Shown here: piece after piece, positions 1 through 10,468 of the stretch
How the letters are laid out: each line of letters begins with the position of its first letter
Position numbering within the stretch: the first letter of the stretch is position 1
Assembly (NCBI GenBank): GCA_051546255.1
Contig: CP128815.1
Coordinates: forward strand, 1,860,001-1,924,000
DNA: 64,000 nucleotides
Origin: Meyerozyma guilliermondii
Taxonomy: Eukaryota
Direction: 5' to 3'
The notes under the pieces: generated by a model
Told to the model about the DNA's origin: nothing
What the model saw: only the letters and a program-made list of their open reading frames with translations
The model's database searches: none
Made by a program: the position numbers and the translations under genes

Positions 1-558
1 ATATACGCAGGCAATGCATTGGCGACGGTCAAGTCGAATGAAAAGACAATTCTTTTCAGTGTCAGACCTTCTGCTTTCGCTCCAGCTGCTACTGGTAGCG
101 CTGAGGTTCCTATAGAGGAGATAAGTGCCGACACAGACTCACAGTCTCGGACGGAATTTGTTTCAGAAGATTTGGTTACTTCCGAAAGACCAGATTTAGG
201 TTCTGCTAAAATCGTGGTAGCAGGCGGACGAGGACTTAAAGACAAGGAAACTTTCGACAAGTTGCTAGAGCCCTTGGCTACCAAGCTCAATGCTGCCGTT
301 GGAGCCTCTAGAGCAGCAGTAGATGCTGGATACTGTGATAATTCATTGCAAATTGGTCAAACAGGCAAGGTTGTGGCCCCGGATTTGTACATAGGTATTG
401 GTATTTCCGGTGCCATCCAGCATTTGGCCGGAATGAAGGACTCCAAGACCATCGTTGCCATCAATAAGGACCCAGAAGCTCCACTTTTCAACGTTGCCGA
501 TATCGGGTTGGTAGCCGACTTGAACGAGTCGTTAGCCGAGTTGACGGAAAAGTTGTAA
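1..558 (+). CDS. AIM45: Electron transfer flavoprotein alpha subunit, 5'-partial (frame open from base 1)
   Basis: IYAGNA...[71 protein letters not shown] are ETF-alpha FAD-domain motifs. Confidence 0.95.
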   Translation: MYAGNALATVKSNEKTILFSVRPSAFAPAATGSAEVPIEEISADTDSQSRTEFVSEDLVTSERPDLGSAKIVVAGGRGLKDKETFDKLLEPLATKLNAAVGASRAAVDAGYCDNSLQIGQTGKVVAPDLYIGIGISGAIQHLAGMKDSKTIVAINKDPEAPLFNVADIGLVADLNESLAELTEKL

Positions 559-613
559 AAACAATATAATGTGCAAAAAACAATACAATGTGATAAAAAC
601 AATACAATGTGAT
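557..613. repeat. Three tandem copies of about 19-bp AAAAACAATACAATGTGAT
   Basis: Read directly, immediately after the ETF-alpha stop. Confidence 0.85.
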
Positions 614-760
614 ATTTGTAGAGAAGAAGGGACTTTCTTCTTCATCGACAAATTTTTTTGATCTTCAATTCCTTTTGGTTTCCCTTGGTCTCTCTTCTCC
701 TTCCTGCACACACGCACACTACATCCTCTCAGCCGTTCTGCTCTCTTTAATCTCATCATC

Positions 761-1636
761 ATGAACACAGAACCACGCACCGGTGTCCAGCTCGAGCGTG
801 AGCGGGTCACCTGCTTGCTCCTCATCAATACCCAACTCATGAAAAAGGCTATAAACTTATATGTCAACATTCTTACAAATCAACAAGCTCTTCAGCTGCT
901 CCCGCCTCAGAACAAACAGTCGATAATTGAGCTGTATCAAAATTGTACCCGTAGACTTCATTGCAATTTAGCAGTTCTTTCAACTGTGCACGAGAAATAC
1001 CACTCGACCGTGCCTCTGCTGGCTCAACCAAACAAACCTCAGTTTCCAGTCATCATGTCGGCTCCACCAGATATGCCAGAACTCAACCAACTTTACACCA
1101 AATTGCAAGAATTATATCCAGATGCGGTCCGGTTCTTGAAGATGAAATACCAGCAGTTGCGCAAACAGGCTCAGGGGTCGCCGGTGGGTCAGATGCCTGG
1201 AATGCAAAACATGCAAAACATGCCTCAAAATACCCAAAGTATGCCGCAAAATACCCAAAACATGCCACAAGGTATGGCTCAAAATAAACCACAAGGTATG
1301 CCGCAAAACATTCCCCAGAACATGCAAAACATGTCGAATATGCTGAACATGTCGAACGTGCCAATGCCTCAAAACATCATGCAACAAACACCCACCTACT
1401 CGCCGGCTCTATCCCAGGCTCTGCAGCCCGCCATGACACCCAGTAGCGCCACTTTTGGCGGCGGAAATAAAGACGACTTTATGATGCCTTCGCAGCAGTC
1501 GCAGTTTTCGGGCTTTAATCCACAGGCAGTGAACTCGGGCTACCAGAACGTATCGCAAGAACCTCAGATGCTGGCCATGTCGCCACAGCAGATACTCCAG
1601 CAGGCCAATACCGGGACCATGGACTTCTACTCGTGA
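761..1636 (+). CDS. Snf11/SS18(SSXT)-like putative SWI/SNF subunit with Q/N/M/P-rich low-complexity tail
   Basis: RVTCLLLINTQL, RRLHCNLAVL, PVIMSAPP and LNQLYTKL resemble recalled Snf11 blocks; MPQN repeats in the C-terminal half. Confidence 0.6.
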   Translation: MNTEPRTGVQLERERVTCLLLINTQLMKKAINLYVNILTNQQALQLLPPQNKQSIIELYQNCTRRLHCNLAVLSTVHEKYHSTVPLLAQPNKPQFPVIMSAPPDMPELNQLYTKLQELYPDAVRFLKMKYQQLRKQAQGSPVGQMPGMQNMQNMPQNTQSMPQNTQNMPQGMAQNKPQGMPQNIPQNMQNMSNMLNMSNVPMPQNIMQQTPTYSPALSQALQPAMTPSSATFGGGNKDDFMMPSQQSQFSGFNPQAVNSGYQNVSQEPQMLAMSPQQILQQANTGTMDFYS

Positions 1637-1657
1637 ATTTATTTTGGTCTATTACTA

Positions 1658-4216
1658 TCAATCGTCCATCGCCTGGAACTCATCGTTGACAATGTCGTTA
1701 TAGCCCCCAAGGCTTGTCGATGGAAACTCCAAATCCCGCCCTTCGTCGGGGTTCCACGCCGTATTGGTGGGACCCATATTCAACCACACCGCTTCATGGG
1801 TGATTTCGTTCCACAATTTGTGCTCTTCGCTGGAAAATGCGAATCCTTCAATGTCCGCCAAATCGCCGTTGTTATTGGGCAAAATCTGTGGTGCCAAATC
1901 GGTGTCGGCATGCATTCCTATGGCTGTGTCTTGCGGAAGAGGCTCGTGGTCCGGAACGAATCCGTGGCTAAATTCAGTACTATCATTGTTCAGCGACGTT
2001 GCACTGCTGGTCGCTTCTCGAACATCATCGCCATGTTTCTCCACTAAATCAGTCATCACCCCGTTAAAGTCCAACAGACTGATCAATTTGACAAGCTGGG
2101 CCCGCCGAAGCGCAGCGGGATAATTGCCAAGACGTTTCATTTTGGTGAAAATGGTGAGTGCGTGGTCAAGGTGTACTTTTGTAGCCTCATGAACGCCAAA
2201 TGAGGCACTGAACAATATGAGCGTCGACGACGACGTAAAGAGGTACTCTCTGTCCATCCAGCCAAAAAGAGCCACCATGTTTTCCGGAACGAGAGCCCAA
2301 ATGGATCTTATGGTGTTTATGGATGCTTGAAACGAAGCGTTGAGTAACATCGATACGTTCTTGGGATACTTGGTGAGGTCGATGTACTTGTTGGTGCTGC
2401 TGTGTGATTGGAGCTCCTGCAATTTCTTTGTAGCAAAATGGAAGAGAAGCGGTCGAACAGCGAGGTTCATGCCTTGAAAATATTCCGTCATGAGGTTGAC
2501 GATAAGACGAGATACTTTTATGTCGTCGTCGCCGTAATTAACCTGAAGAAACTCGGGCAATGCTGACTTCCAGTTGAGTAACTTGTGGACAAGCTCTGAA
2601 ACCACCGGTAAAATATTGACGGTGGGTTGTTTGGTGTATAACGATGATAAAATAATTGCGTTTATCTGGGTGATAAGAACACAATTGTTGATATACTCAG
2701 CGGGTGGAAAAATGTATAAATCAGAGTTCCCATCGCCGTGGTCGGTTAAACCCAAATTTTGAGGAAGTTCCGTCGATACGCTATCGTCGGTGAAACTGAG
2801 AGGAAGTCCCGCTTTCGAAGAGAGCATCCGCTCATACATATAAACGGTCCACCAAACCCGGCGTCGATGTTCCAATTCGTACTTGTTTAGCAGACCTTTT
2901 TCCGCATCTACGTGCCATCCAAGTATGAGCGCCGAACGAAGTGCCAACCCGAAATAAAAGTAGGATGCAATGGTACAGTCTGCCACTTGAAGGTAGAACG
3001 CATAGAGCAAGATGACTTCAATTCCTCCATCTTTGGTGGTGTTGTCGATGGCTCCCGATGCAAACAAGCCAGTGAACAACTCGGATGCCTGATAGAAGAA
3101 TTGTGAGCCTGGAAGGGTATTTTTTTTGTGGGTTTTGGTTTCGTGCTGGTACGGCTGTTTCACTTGTGAGCTCAGTTCTGTGCCCAAGTACATTTCTCCC
3201 ACGGCAAAGATGAGCATTACTTTGCAGAACCAGAGGGTTTCGAGAATGGCATCGTCCTCGGTGGAATTGACGAGCGACTGGTCATAATTACGCTTGAGAA
3301 TTTTCATATTTGCAGCGGTGTCGCCGGCGTACAAATTCATAAGGAACAGCTTGACGAGACCCTCGTTAAAGAAATAGAAACATCCATCGTTGTAGTTGAC
3401 AAATGTATCGACGAGAAGCATGGCGTAGGAGTAAGATGGCATGGTGAAATTAATGGAAAGTCCCGGGCGCGTATTTGTTTTTGCCAAGGTGATTTTGTAG
3501 GCGTTTCCCTCTTTTTCAAGTATTCTGGTTTCTCTCTCGCTCAGCGGGTAGTGGCTCGAGTCTACGTTGACTGGAGGATCCATAGAGGTGGTGGTGGTGG
3601 AGGCAGTGGATGTCTTGGGGGACCGTTTAGGGTCAATGAACAAGCTGGAACTTGCAAAAGCAGGCACCATATTCTGGATCTCCAACCCAAATAGCGTCAT
3701 GGAAGACGGTCCCACATAGAGTTTTTCGCCGGTTCGGGCGTGGATAAGGCGACCATACTTGTCCAAGGTAGGGTGAATAATATCAGCTACCGAGCTCGTG
3801 GTGAACATATTGAAATTAGGGTCCTTTTCAGGAGGTTGGGTTTCGAACGAATGGTGGTTATTGGACCTATGAAATAGCGAATTGTGTTCAAATGTCTTGG
3901 TTACGTCGGCCGAGTCTTTTGCAATTTGCGGCATGGTTTCGTGTTGTTTCAAATCATTTCGGAGCGCAGCATTGTCTCGCTTTAGTCGTCCTATGTCCTG
4001 GTGTAGCTTCGTCAAGTACTTTAAAGACACCACCACCTTCTTATCTCCCTCCACGTACTCGCAACGGGTCTTTGCAAGAACGCATTTTTTGCACGGATCG
4101 CCGCCCGGGCATCGGATGTGTCTCATTCTGCACCTGATACATGCCAAGGGGGTCCGCTTCTTGGAACTTTGGTCCTCGAGGTCTGCGGGGAGACCTTCAA
4201 TGGTATTGGTGTCCAT
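1658..4216 (-). CDS. PUT3: Zn(II)2Cys6 proline utilization transcription activator
   Basis: ACIRCRMRHIRCPGGDPCKKC..CEY cluster typical of Put3, plus fungal TF middle homology region; first ATG at 4216 (ORF track starts at GTG). Confidence 0.85.
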   Translation of the reverse strand: MDTNTIEGLPADLEDQSSKKRTPLACIRCRMRHIRCPGGDPCKKCVLAKTRCEYVEGDKKVVVSLKYLTKLHQDIGRLKRDNAALRNDLKQHETMPQIAKDSADVTKTFEHNSLFHRSNNHHSFETQPPEKDPNFNMFTTSSVADIIHPTLDKYGRLIHARTGEKLYVGPSSMTLFGLEIQNMVPAFASSSLFIDPKRSPKTSTASTTTTSMDPPVNVDSSHYPLSERETRILEKEGNAYKITLAKTNTRPGLSINFTMPSYSYAMLLVDTFVNYNDGCFYFFNEGLVKLFLMNLYAGDTAANMKILKRNYDQSLVNSTEDDAILETLWFCKVMLIFAVGEMYLGTELSSQVKQPYQHETKTHKKNTLPGSQFFYQASELFTGLFASGAIDNTTKDGGIEVILLYAFYLQVADCTIASYFYFGLALRSALILGWHVDAEKGLLNKYELEHRRRVWWTVYMYERMLSSKAGLPLSFTDDSVSTELPQNLGLTDHGDGNSDLYIFPPAEYINNCVLITQINAIILSSLYTKQPTVNILPVVSELVHKLLNWKSALPEFLQVNYGDDDIKVSRLIVNLMTEYFQGMNLAVRPLLFHFATKKLQELQSHSSTNKYIDLTKYPKNVSMLLNASFQASINTIRSIWALVPENMVALFGWMDREYLFTSSSTLILFSASFGVHEATKVHLDHALTIFTKMKRLGNYPAALRRAQLVKLISLLDFNGVMTDLVEKHGDDVREATSSATSLNNDSTEFSHGFVPDHEPLPQDTAIGMHADTDLAPQILPNNNGDLADIEGFAFSSEEHKLWNEITHEAVWLNMGPTNTAWNPDEGRDLEFPSTSLGGYNDIVNDEFQAMDD

Positions 4217-4490
4217 ATACTCTGATTCTTGTGATGGATTCCTGTGCTCATCGGAGCGGCTCACATCCAACACCGCGAGTACGGGGAAGAAGTGAGGGTG
4301 AGTAATACGAGCAATTGCGAGGGCATTAGTGAGTGAAAAGGGTTAATACTGGACTCTATAAGCTCCAAAAAGAGAATAATCCTTAGTTGAGTCTTTTGTT
4401 TCTTATTCTTTTCGTTTTTATCTCGTTCTTATTTTCCTTCTTATTTCGTTCGATTTCGTTCTTATTCGGTTTGTCTTGTCATGGTCAATT

Positions 4491-5999
4491 ATGCAGCTAA
4501 CTGACCTTCCCGACGAAGTTGTCGCTCGAGTATTCTCGTATGTGCTGCCCAATGTGCTCCACGACAAGTTTTTGCCGTCTAAAAGTTGGGATACTCTTTC
4601 TGGTTTGCAGCTACTTGCCTACAAGTCCATCGTTTCGGGGACAATTATCGTACGCGGTGGCAACCACACAAACAAAATGGATTCAGTGGGACTCTTTCAC
4701 ACTCAAACCGAGTTGAAATCCGCATTCACAATCAAAACCATGGAACGTGGCTACGACACAATTCGAGATTTGATAATGTACAATATGAAGTCACAAACTC
4801 CGGTGCTTCCTGTTGAGCTAGGCTTATACTATCGGTCCGATGGCCACGAGACAGAAGAGTACGTGGTGAGTGAATTGAGGGCAATGGTCAAAATCTTGGA
4901 ATTATTGGCGGTGGGCTACCTGCTGGCTATCCCAGTAGTCAATGTCCAATTAGAGCACAATGCCGATCCAAGTCCAACCCTTAAGTCATTACGACGTAAA
5001 GTCACCAATCGAATGCTGGCGCTCGATAAGCGTTTGTGCAAAGTTTTGTTTGCTCGAGAATTTGCAGCATCTCCATTTTACGATCACCTTCAGTTCATGT
5101 CTTCGCGGTTTGAAAACTTGAAACAAATTCATTTTTGGAACGACGGCATTCGAGATATCTCTTTGCCTCGAGTCGCTTCATGTGCGCCGAACCTACAAGT
5201 GTTGGATCTCTCGGGAAATTCCATATCGAATTTGGTGAGAGTACCGGTTTCCGAATCGATTACTGTTTTGAGAGTCAGAGCAAATGGCCTAACTTCGCTC
5301 GAGGGTCTCGAGTTCAAGTCCTGTGGTTCGTTGCGTGTTCTTGATGCCTCTGTGAACGATATTGGTTCGCTTGAAGGAGTGTTTTTACCTCCCTCGATTC
5401 GAAACTTGGACGTTAGTTTCAACGCTATTGCCAAGGTGGGACTCATTATGTTGCCAGCCAACTTAGAGACTCTCAAATTATCAAAAAACAGCATTCTGTC
5501 GTTGACTCATCTAGAACTTCCGCCGTCGCTCCAGAAACTCCAGCTCGATTCCAACAATATCACGGCGCTTCCAATTGACTTTTTTCACCATACTCATAAA
5601 TTGACAGTCTTGGATCTCTCAGATAACAAAATTGACGATTTGGACGAATTGGGTCAGCTTCCTGACTCATTACAACACCTTAAGTTGGATGGAAACCAAA
5701 TCGACTACAGTAATCTCTCCAACATTTTGCAGCCAAATTTGCGAACATTATCCATGGCATCCACTGGGCTCGTTTCATTGACCCATTTAAATTTCCCGCC
5801 ATACCTTTCTGATATCAATTTTTCCAAGAATGAAATCAGCGAGTTGGCACATATCAAGTTTGGACCCCATTTAGCCAAACTTGACCTCTCCTATAATAGG
5901 TTGGAAAGTTATAATCCTGCACAGCAAAAGCTCGATATACCCGCTACGGCGATGGTTATACTAGAGCATAATTCACTAAAAGATGAGGTAGAGAAGTAA
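4491..5999 (+). CDS. F-box-like / leucine-rich repeat protein
   Basis: N-terminal LTDLPDEVVARVFSYV (F-box-like) and about 12 LxxLxLxxNxI repeats; ATG MQLTD at 4491. Confidence 0.8.
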   Translation: MQLTDLPDEVVARVFSYVLPNVLHDKFLPSKSWDTLSGLQLLAYKSIVSGTIIVRGGNHTNKMDSVGLFHTQTELKSAFTIKTMERGYDTIRDLIMYNMKSQTPVLPVELGLYYRSDGHETEEYVVSELRAMVKILELLAVGYLLAIPVVNVQLEHNADPSPTLKSLRRKVTNRMLALDKRLCKVLFAREFAASPFYDHLQFMSSRFENLKQIHFWNDGIRDISLPRVASCAPNLQVLDLSGNSISNLVRVPVSESITVLRVRANGLTSLEGLEFKSCGSLRVLDASVNDIGSLEGVFLPPSIRNLDVSFNAIAKVGLIMLPANLETLKLSKNSILSLTHLELPPSLQKLQLDSNNITALPIDFFHHTHKLTVLDLSDNKIDDLDELGQLPDSLQHLKLDGNQIDYSNLSNILQPNLRTLSMASTGLVSLTHLNFPPYLSDINFSKNEISELAHIKFGPHLAKLDLSYNRLESYNPAQQKLDIPATAMVILEHNSLKDEVEK

Positions 6000-6224
6000 A
6001 CTATAGAGAAGGAGCTTAAAGTAATTGAAGAAGAAGCTAGAAAGTGTAGAGAAACCACTTCTATAACTTGATTGCAGGGTATAGTTCTGATGCGATGGCT
6101 AGTATGAAGAAGTCTCTTAAACAAGTAAATCAAACTATATACTGAGAAACTAAATGGGATATCAATCCTAACGTTTTAAACCTAATAACCATCCATGTTG
6201 AAGTAAATGCACACAACTTTGCGA

Positions 6225-6941
6225 TTACTGAGGAGGAAGCACATTGGCCTTAGTTTCGCCAACCATGTTGCCAGATGGGTCGTACGAGCAAATGATGTAG
6301 TGACCCCAGTTCTTGGCAGAACAGTCCTTGATAGCACATCCCAATTTGGTGGTGTCCTTCCATACCACTTGTGTAAAGTGGTCGTAAGTTGAGCCCGAGT
6401 TGTAGTCGAAATTGTCACCCTCAGCGTACCAAGCGTCGAGAGCAGACACACCATCACTGTAGCCAACCGCGAGATTCTCACCATACTCACCACCAGAATG
6501 GGTCAATTGACCAGAACAGTCGTACTTGTCGGCGTAAGCCTGGGCGTATTCATAGACATCTTTGTCCCAGCTCAACTTTCCGGCCAGGTGAAGTGCTCTT
6601 TTTTCGTTATGGGCATCCAAGATGTTCTTGGCAAAGGTGGCATCGAGACCAGAAGACTTGGCGATGTCGGCGTAGATGGGGTCATCACTAGAAGACGACG
6701 AAGATGCTGCTGGTTCATCAGTCGAGGTCGTAGCAGGCTTAGACGAAGTAGACGAAGTTTTAGTTACGAGAGTGGTTGGGGTTTGTTGGGTGGTTGGAGT
6801 CTGTTCACCTTCAGTCTGTAAACCGACCTGGGTAGTACCAACAGCGCCGTTAACGGTGGTAATGTGATATTCAGTAACGTAGACGGTCTTTGCAGTCACC
6901 ACGGAGGCGAGAGCCAAGGCGGCGGAAAATGATAACTTCAT
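6225..6941 (-). CDS. Secreted CAP/SCP (PR-1-like) protein, Pry/Rbe1/Rbt4 family
   Basis: Signal peptide, S/T-rich linker, LDAHNEKRALH, GENLAVGY, HFTQVVWK, YIICSYDPSGN. Confidence 0.93.
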   Translation of the reverse strand: MKLSFSAALALASVVTAKTVYVTEYHITTVNGAVGTTQVGLQTEGEQTPTTQQTPTTLVTKTSSTSSKPATTSTDEPAASSSSSSDDPIYADIAKSSGLDATFAKNILDAHNEKRALHLAGKLSWDKDVYEYAQAYADKYDCSGQLTHSGGEYGENLAVGYSDGVSALDAWYAEGDNFDYNSGSTYDHFTQVVWKDTTKLGCAIKDCSAKNWGHYIICSYDPSGNMVGETKANVLPPQ

Positions 6942-7504
6942 AATAAAGGAATGAGAAACTGACTCGAATGGATTGACTGAATTAACTCAGAAGGAATGTT
7001 TGGTCAAGTCAAGGAATGAAGACTAAGATGACCTTAAGGAATGAATGAAGATGAGGAGGAGTCCAGGATATTTATACGCAAGCCACGTTTGATGTGAAAA
7101 CGATAAAAAAAAAAACAAATGGTTCTAGAGTGCCGTCGCATATGTAGGTAATATCTGCGGGGGTTTCACAACGGGATTGCATGAAAACGCGCTGATCGGA
7201 AACACGTTTCAGAAGGGGAACAAACGCGCCCAGGCTGCGCCAAAGTTTAGCACCATCGCACATAATCGCAGAAAAACGCGTAGTACACAGGCGCCGAGCA
7301 TTGTATATTCGCTGGGCATGAGCACCGTTCGAGACTAATGGTTTGCATTTCCGTGCTCATATCTTGGCCAGGCCAAGCCCGTCTAGACATCGGTTACCAG
7401 AGATGGCAAATTGATGATCGGCAGGAGGTTAGTAGCGTGGTCAAACTTTATCTCATATTGACATTTTTTGTGTACACTTTGATCCGATTGGTGAACAAAA
7501 ATTG

Positions 7505-7705
7505 TCTCATTTTCACATCCTCATTCTCATATCAATTTTCGTCTCTCTCATTTCGCAGTCTCATTTTCAATTTTTGTCTCATTCTCATTTCTATTTTCGG
7601 TCTCATTTCTCATTCTCATTCTCATTCTCATTTTTCGGTCTCATTCTCATTCCATTCTCAGTGTCGCTCTAACTTTCCTTCGCACTTCACTTACTAATTC
7701 TCATC
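7505..7705. repeat. Degenerate (TCTCAT)n low-complexity tract, followed by AACCTTAAT x3 at about 7713-7745
   Basis: Read directly; lies downstream of the HCS1 stop and upstream of the PRY gene. Confidence 0.8.
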
Positions 7706-7746
7706 TTCTCTAAACCTTAATTCGCAACCTTAATTCAACCTTAATC

Positions 7747-9852
7747 TCATTCCGGGTACCTTAACGTAAACTCAGATTCTGCAAAAGAAGCCCAATCCTG
7801 TAAAAACTTTACCCCACTATTAGCCATCAATTCCATATCACCAATAACGCACAAGTGCCGTTTTGGTCTGGTCATTGCAACATTGAGTCTTCTCTTGTCA
7901 CGAAGAAACCCAATCTCTCCTTCATCGTTGCTCCTGACGAGCGAAATCAAAATTGCTTCCTTCTCTCGGCCTTGAAACCCGTCCACCGTTGACACTTCAA
8001 CCGCCGGATTCTGCAAGATTTTTTTGATTATTCCCACCTGCGAGCTGTATGGGGTTATGATCCCAATTGACTCGGCTGTTACTCCGGCATCTATTAACCG
8101 GTGGGTATGTTGTACCACCAACTCCGCCTCATGCTCGTTGTATTTGGAGCCCGTGGTATCATCGTCTGTTTGATCATTGAAGCCTTGGCCTTGAGTATCG
8201 TACCAAATACATACTTCGGTGGTGTCGTCATTGTGCATAACATCTGTCATATCTGCAAGCGAGATGTCAGCTACAGATTCATGCGCAAGCAATTTACCGC
8301 CGTAGAGTTCTCGACTAGGAAACGTCATGATCTGCGTATTCATCCGATATTGGGTGTCTAGAAGCTGCTTGTACTTGGCACCGCCGAGTCCGATCAACCG
8401 ATCAAAGAGGGTGTGTTCTAGACTGTATTTTAGACGTAGATCTTTGAGTCGATCACCGACTTCTTTCTTTTCTCTCTTTTTTTTCTCCTCGCTCTTTACC
8501 GTTGGGGGAAGCTGCATGTTGTCGCCAGCAATCACCAACCGCTTGAATCCAAGGTGGTTGACGAGTGGAATCCAACATTGTGGTTCCATCGACTGCGAAA
8601 CTTCATCGATGATTATGGTATCAAAAAGTGGCTTTTCTGGCCCAAACGCTTGGTCCTTATATATCGAGGTCAACTCATAAGAACCAGACCCATGCAACGT
8701 AGACAACACAACCTGGGCTCCAACCACAAGATCTTGAACAACCTTCTTTTCGCGAATGCGAAGTTCTTTCTTCAACTGTTTCAATTCACTATAGAGGGCT
8801 CTTCGTTCTCCATATCGCTTGGTCTTTTTGATTTGCTTGAGTGTATCACTTATATCGGTCTCGATGTCTTGGAGAATTGACTTGCTATCGTTGGTAGAAC
8901 CGTAGTTGGTTTTGGACATTACATCCAACGAATGCTGCAAATTCGCATTTAATAGTCGAGCAGGATGGCCTATTCGAATAAGTTTTTCAGGGTTTCCCTT
9001 GATTTTTCTCTTTTTCTTTTTGGTATCCAACTCTTCCGTGAATGCTGGGGAAAGTCGCTCGAGAATTGTGTCAACAGAAATGTTCGATGGCCCACAAACG
9101 AGCACTCGTTCACCTCGGTTGAATGTGAGCTGCTTGATGAGTTCTATCAACGTATACGTTTTACCAGTGCCTGGAGGACCGTGGATTATCGTTATTGGTG
9201 AACTATTCAACGCAAATGAAATGGCGTTTTGCTGGGAAGTATTGAGCTGAGAATCAAAGAAGACAGTTTGTGTCTTTGGTGTGGGAGAGATGTGCGGTTC
9301 GATTTCGCCCAAAAGCACCCGGTGAATCACATTCTTTTTGGCATCATTGAGCTCGGAAAGCTTTCCCAAGGCGCTGTTCATTCGTTTGTAAGTAATGGAG
9401 TTGGTGAGCTTGACGATCCAGATTTTTGTTGACTCATTAGCGGTATTGTTGTACAAGCCGAGCTCATTATCGTCGTCCTCCACAGCAGCAACAATGCTGT
9501 TCGACGAGATCTTTGTTATCACGGCATCTACGGCATCAGAAGTATCTTTTTGAGGTTCTGTGGAATTTTTCATGGTGTCGATTCGAACAATATCGCCGAC
9601 TCGAAGCGACCCGGTTGAAAATTCTGTATTTTCGCCTCTTACCGAAGGATCAAGGGTCAATTCCATCAATAGTTTGCCACCAAGTCCTGTTCTTATTCCA
9701 TGGACAACCAAGTTCACCACAGCTAGTCCCAATTTGGCAAGCTTTTTTGGAGAGTATGATGAAAGATATTCCAGAGTCAACTCCGAATCTGCTTGTTGCT
9801 CCAATTGCAAAGCAGCTTTGAAATCCAGTACCAATTCATTCTGTAGAGACAT
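7747..9852 (-). CDS. HCS1: SF1 Upf1-like DNA helicase A (SMUBP-2/IGHMBP2 family)
   Basis: IHGPPGTGKT, GPSNISVD, IRIGHPARL, IIDEVSQ, GDNMQLPP, QYRMN, TVDGFQGREKE, RRLNVAMTRPKR. Confidence 0.93.
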   Translation of the reverse strand: MSLQNELVLDFKAALQLEQQADSELTLEYLSSYSPKKLAKLGLAVVNLVVHGIRTGLGGKLLMELTLDPSVRGENTEFSTGSLRVGDIVRIDTMKNSTEPQKDTSDAVDAVITKISSNSIVAAVEDDDNELGLYNNTANESTKIWIVKLTNSITYKRMNSALGKLSELNDAKKNVIHRVLLGEIEPHISPTPKTQTVFFDSQLNTSQQNAISFALNSSPITIIHGPPGTGKTYTLIELIKQLTFNRGERVLVCGPSNISVDTILERLSPAFTEELDTKKKKRKIKGNPEKLIRIGHPARLLNANLQHSLDVMSKTNYGSTNDSKSILQDIETDISDTLKQIKKTKRYGERRALYSELKQLKKELRIREKKVVQDLVVGAQVVLSTLHGSGSYELTSIYKDQAFGPEKPLFDTIIIDEVSQSMEPQCWIPLVNHLGFKRLVIAGDNMQLPPTVKSEEKKKREKKEVGDRLKDLRLKYSLEHTLFDRLIGLGGAKYKQLLDTQYRMNTQIMTFPSRELYGGKLLAHESVADISLADMTDVMHNDDTTEVCIWYDTQGQGFNDQTDDDTTGSKYNEHEAELVVQHTHRLIDAGVTAESIGIITPYSSQVGIIKKILQNPAVEVSTVDGFQGREKEAILISLVRSNDEGEIGFLRDKRRLNVAMTRPKRHLCVIGDMELMANSGVKFLQDWASFAESEFTLRYPE

Positions 9853-10468
9853 CAGGAAGTTAGTATTTACGATGAATGTCTACGTCTGTTTGCATCAGTT
9901 TTTCGTAGAAACACCACAATGGTGGTCCCATGCATCTTGATGCCATTGCTGTATGATCCGCTGATGTACCAGACGTAGAGGTAAGATACAATGAAGGATC
10001 ACGTACTGTGTACTCTAGTCATTGACTAGTAAATGAAATGCGAACGATAGTTCGCATTTTGTCGCAACTCAGGTCAGAGTAGCTGGAGGTTGCAATTTAT
10101 TTGTGAGAAGAGTTTTGAAGCCTAGAAGTTGTAGGACTTATCTATTTCATTCGTGTTACTTCTTTCTACAATATTTCAAGATTTTATGAATAAATTCAAT
10201 TTTTTTATCATTATGATTTTTTCTATAATTGTCAATTTTTGCAACAATTAGAATATCTGAGAAATTACATTAATGAAAATTTTGACCAAATCTTCACTCA
10301 CCTAGTCAAACCATGAACATGTCTCATACTGTAACAATTATAAACTTCTTCCAATTCATTTCACTCATCCTCCACCAATTCAAGTCTTTCAAGTACCTGA
10401 CCTACATTCCACCTACATTCATCCACTTTTCCACTTTTTACTTTTTCCATTATCAACTATATTACATG

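Noticed and set aside
7338..7697. 119-aa ORF with SHSHSH
   Set aside because: Product of the TCTCAT low-complexity tract
9900..9990. ATCTTACCT on the minus strand resembling the U1 snRNA 5' end
   Set aside because: Not the exact ATACTTACCT, no convincing U1-70K loop or Sm site, and it runs into the HCS1 start
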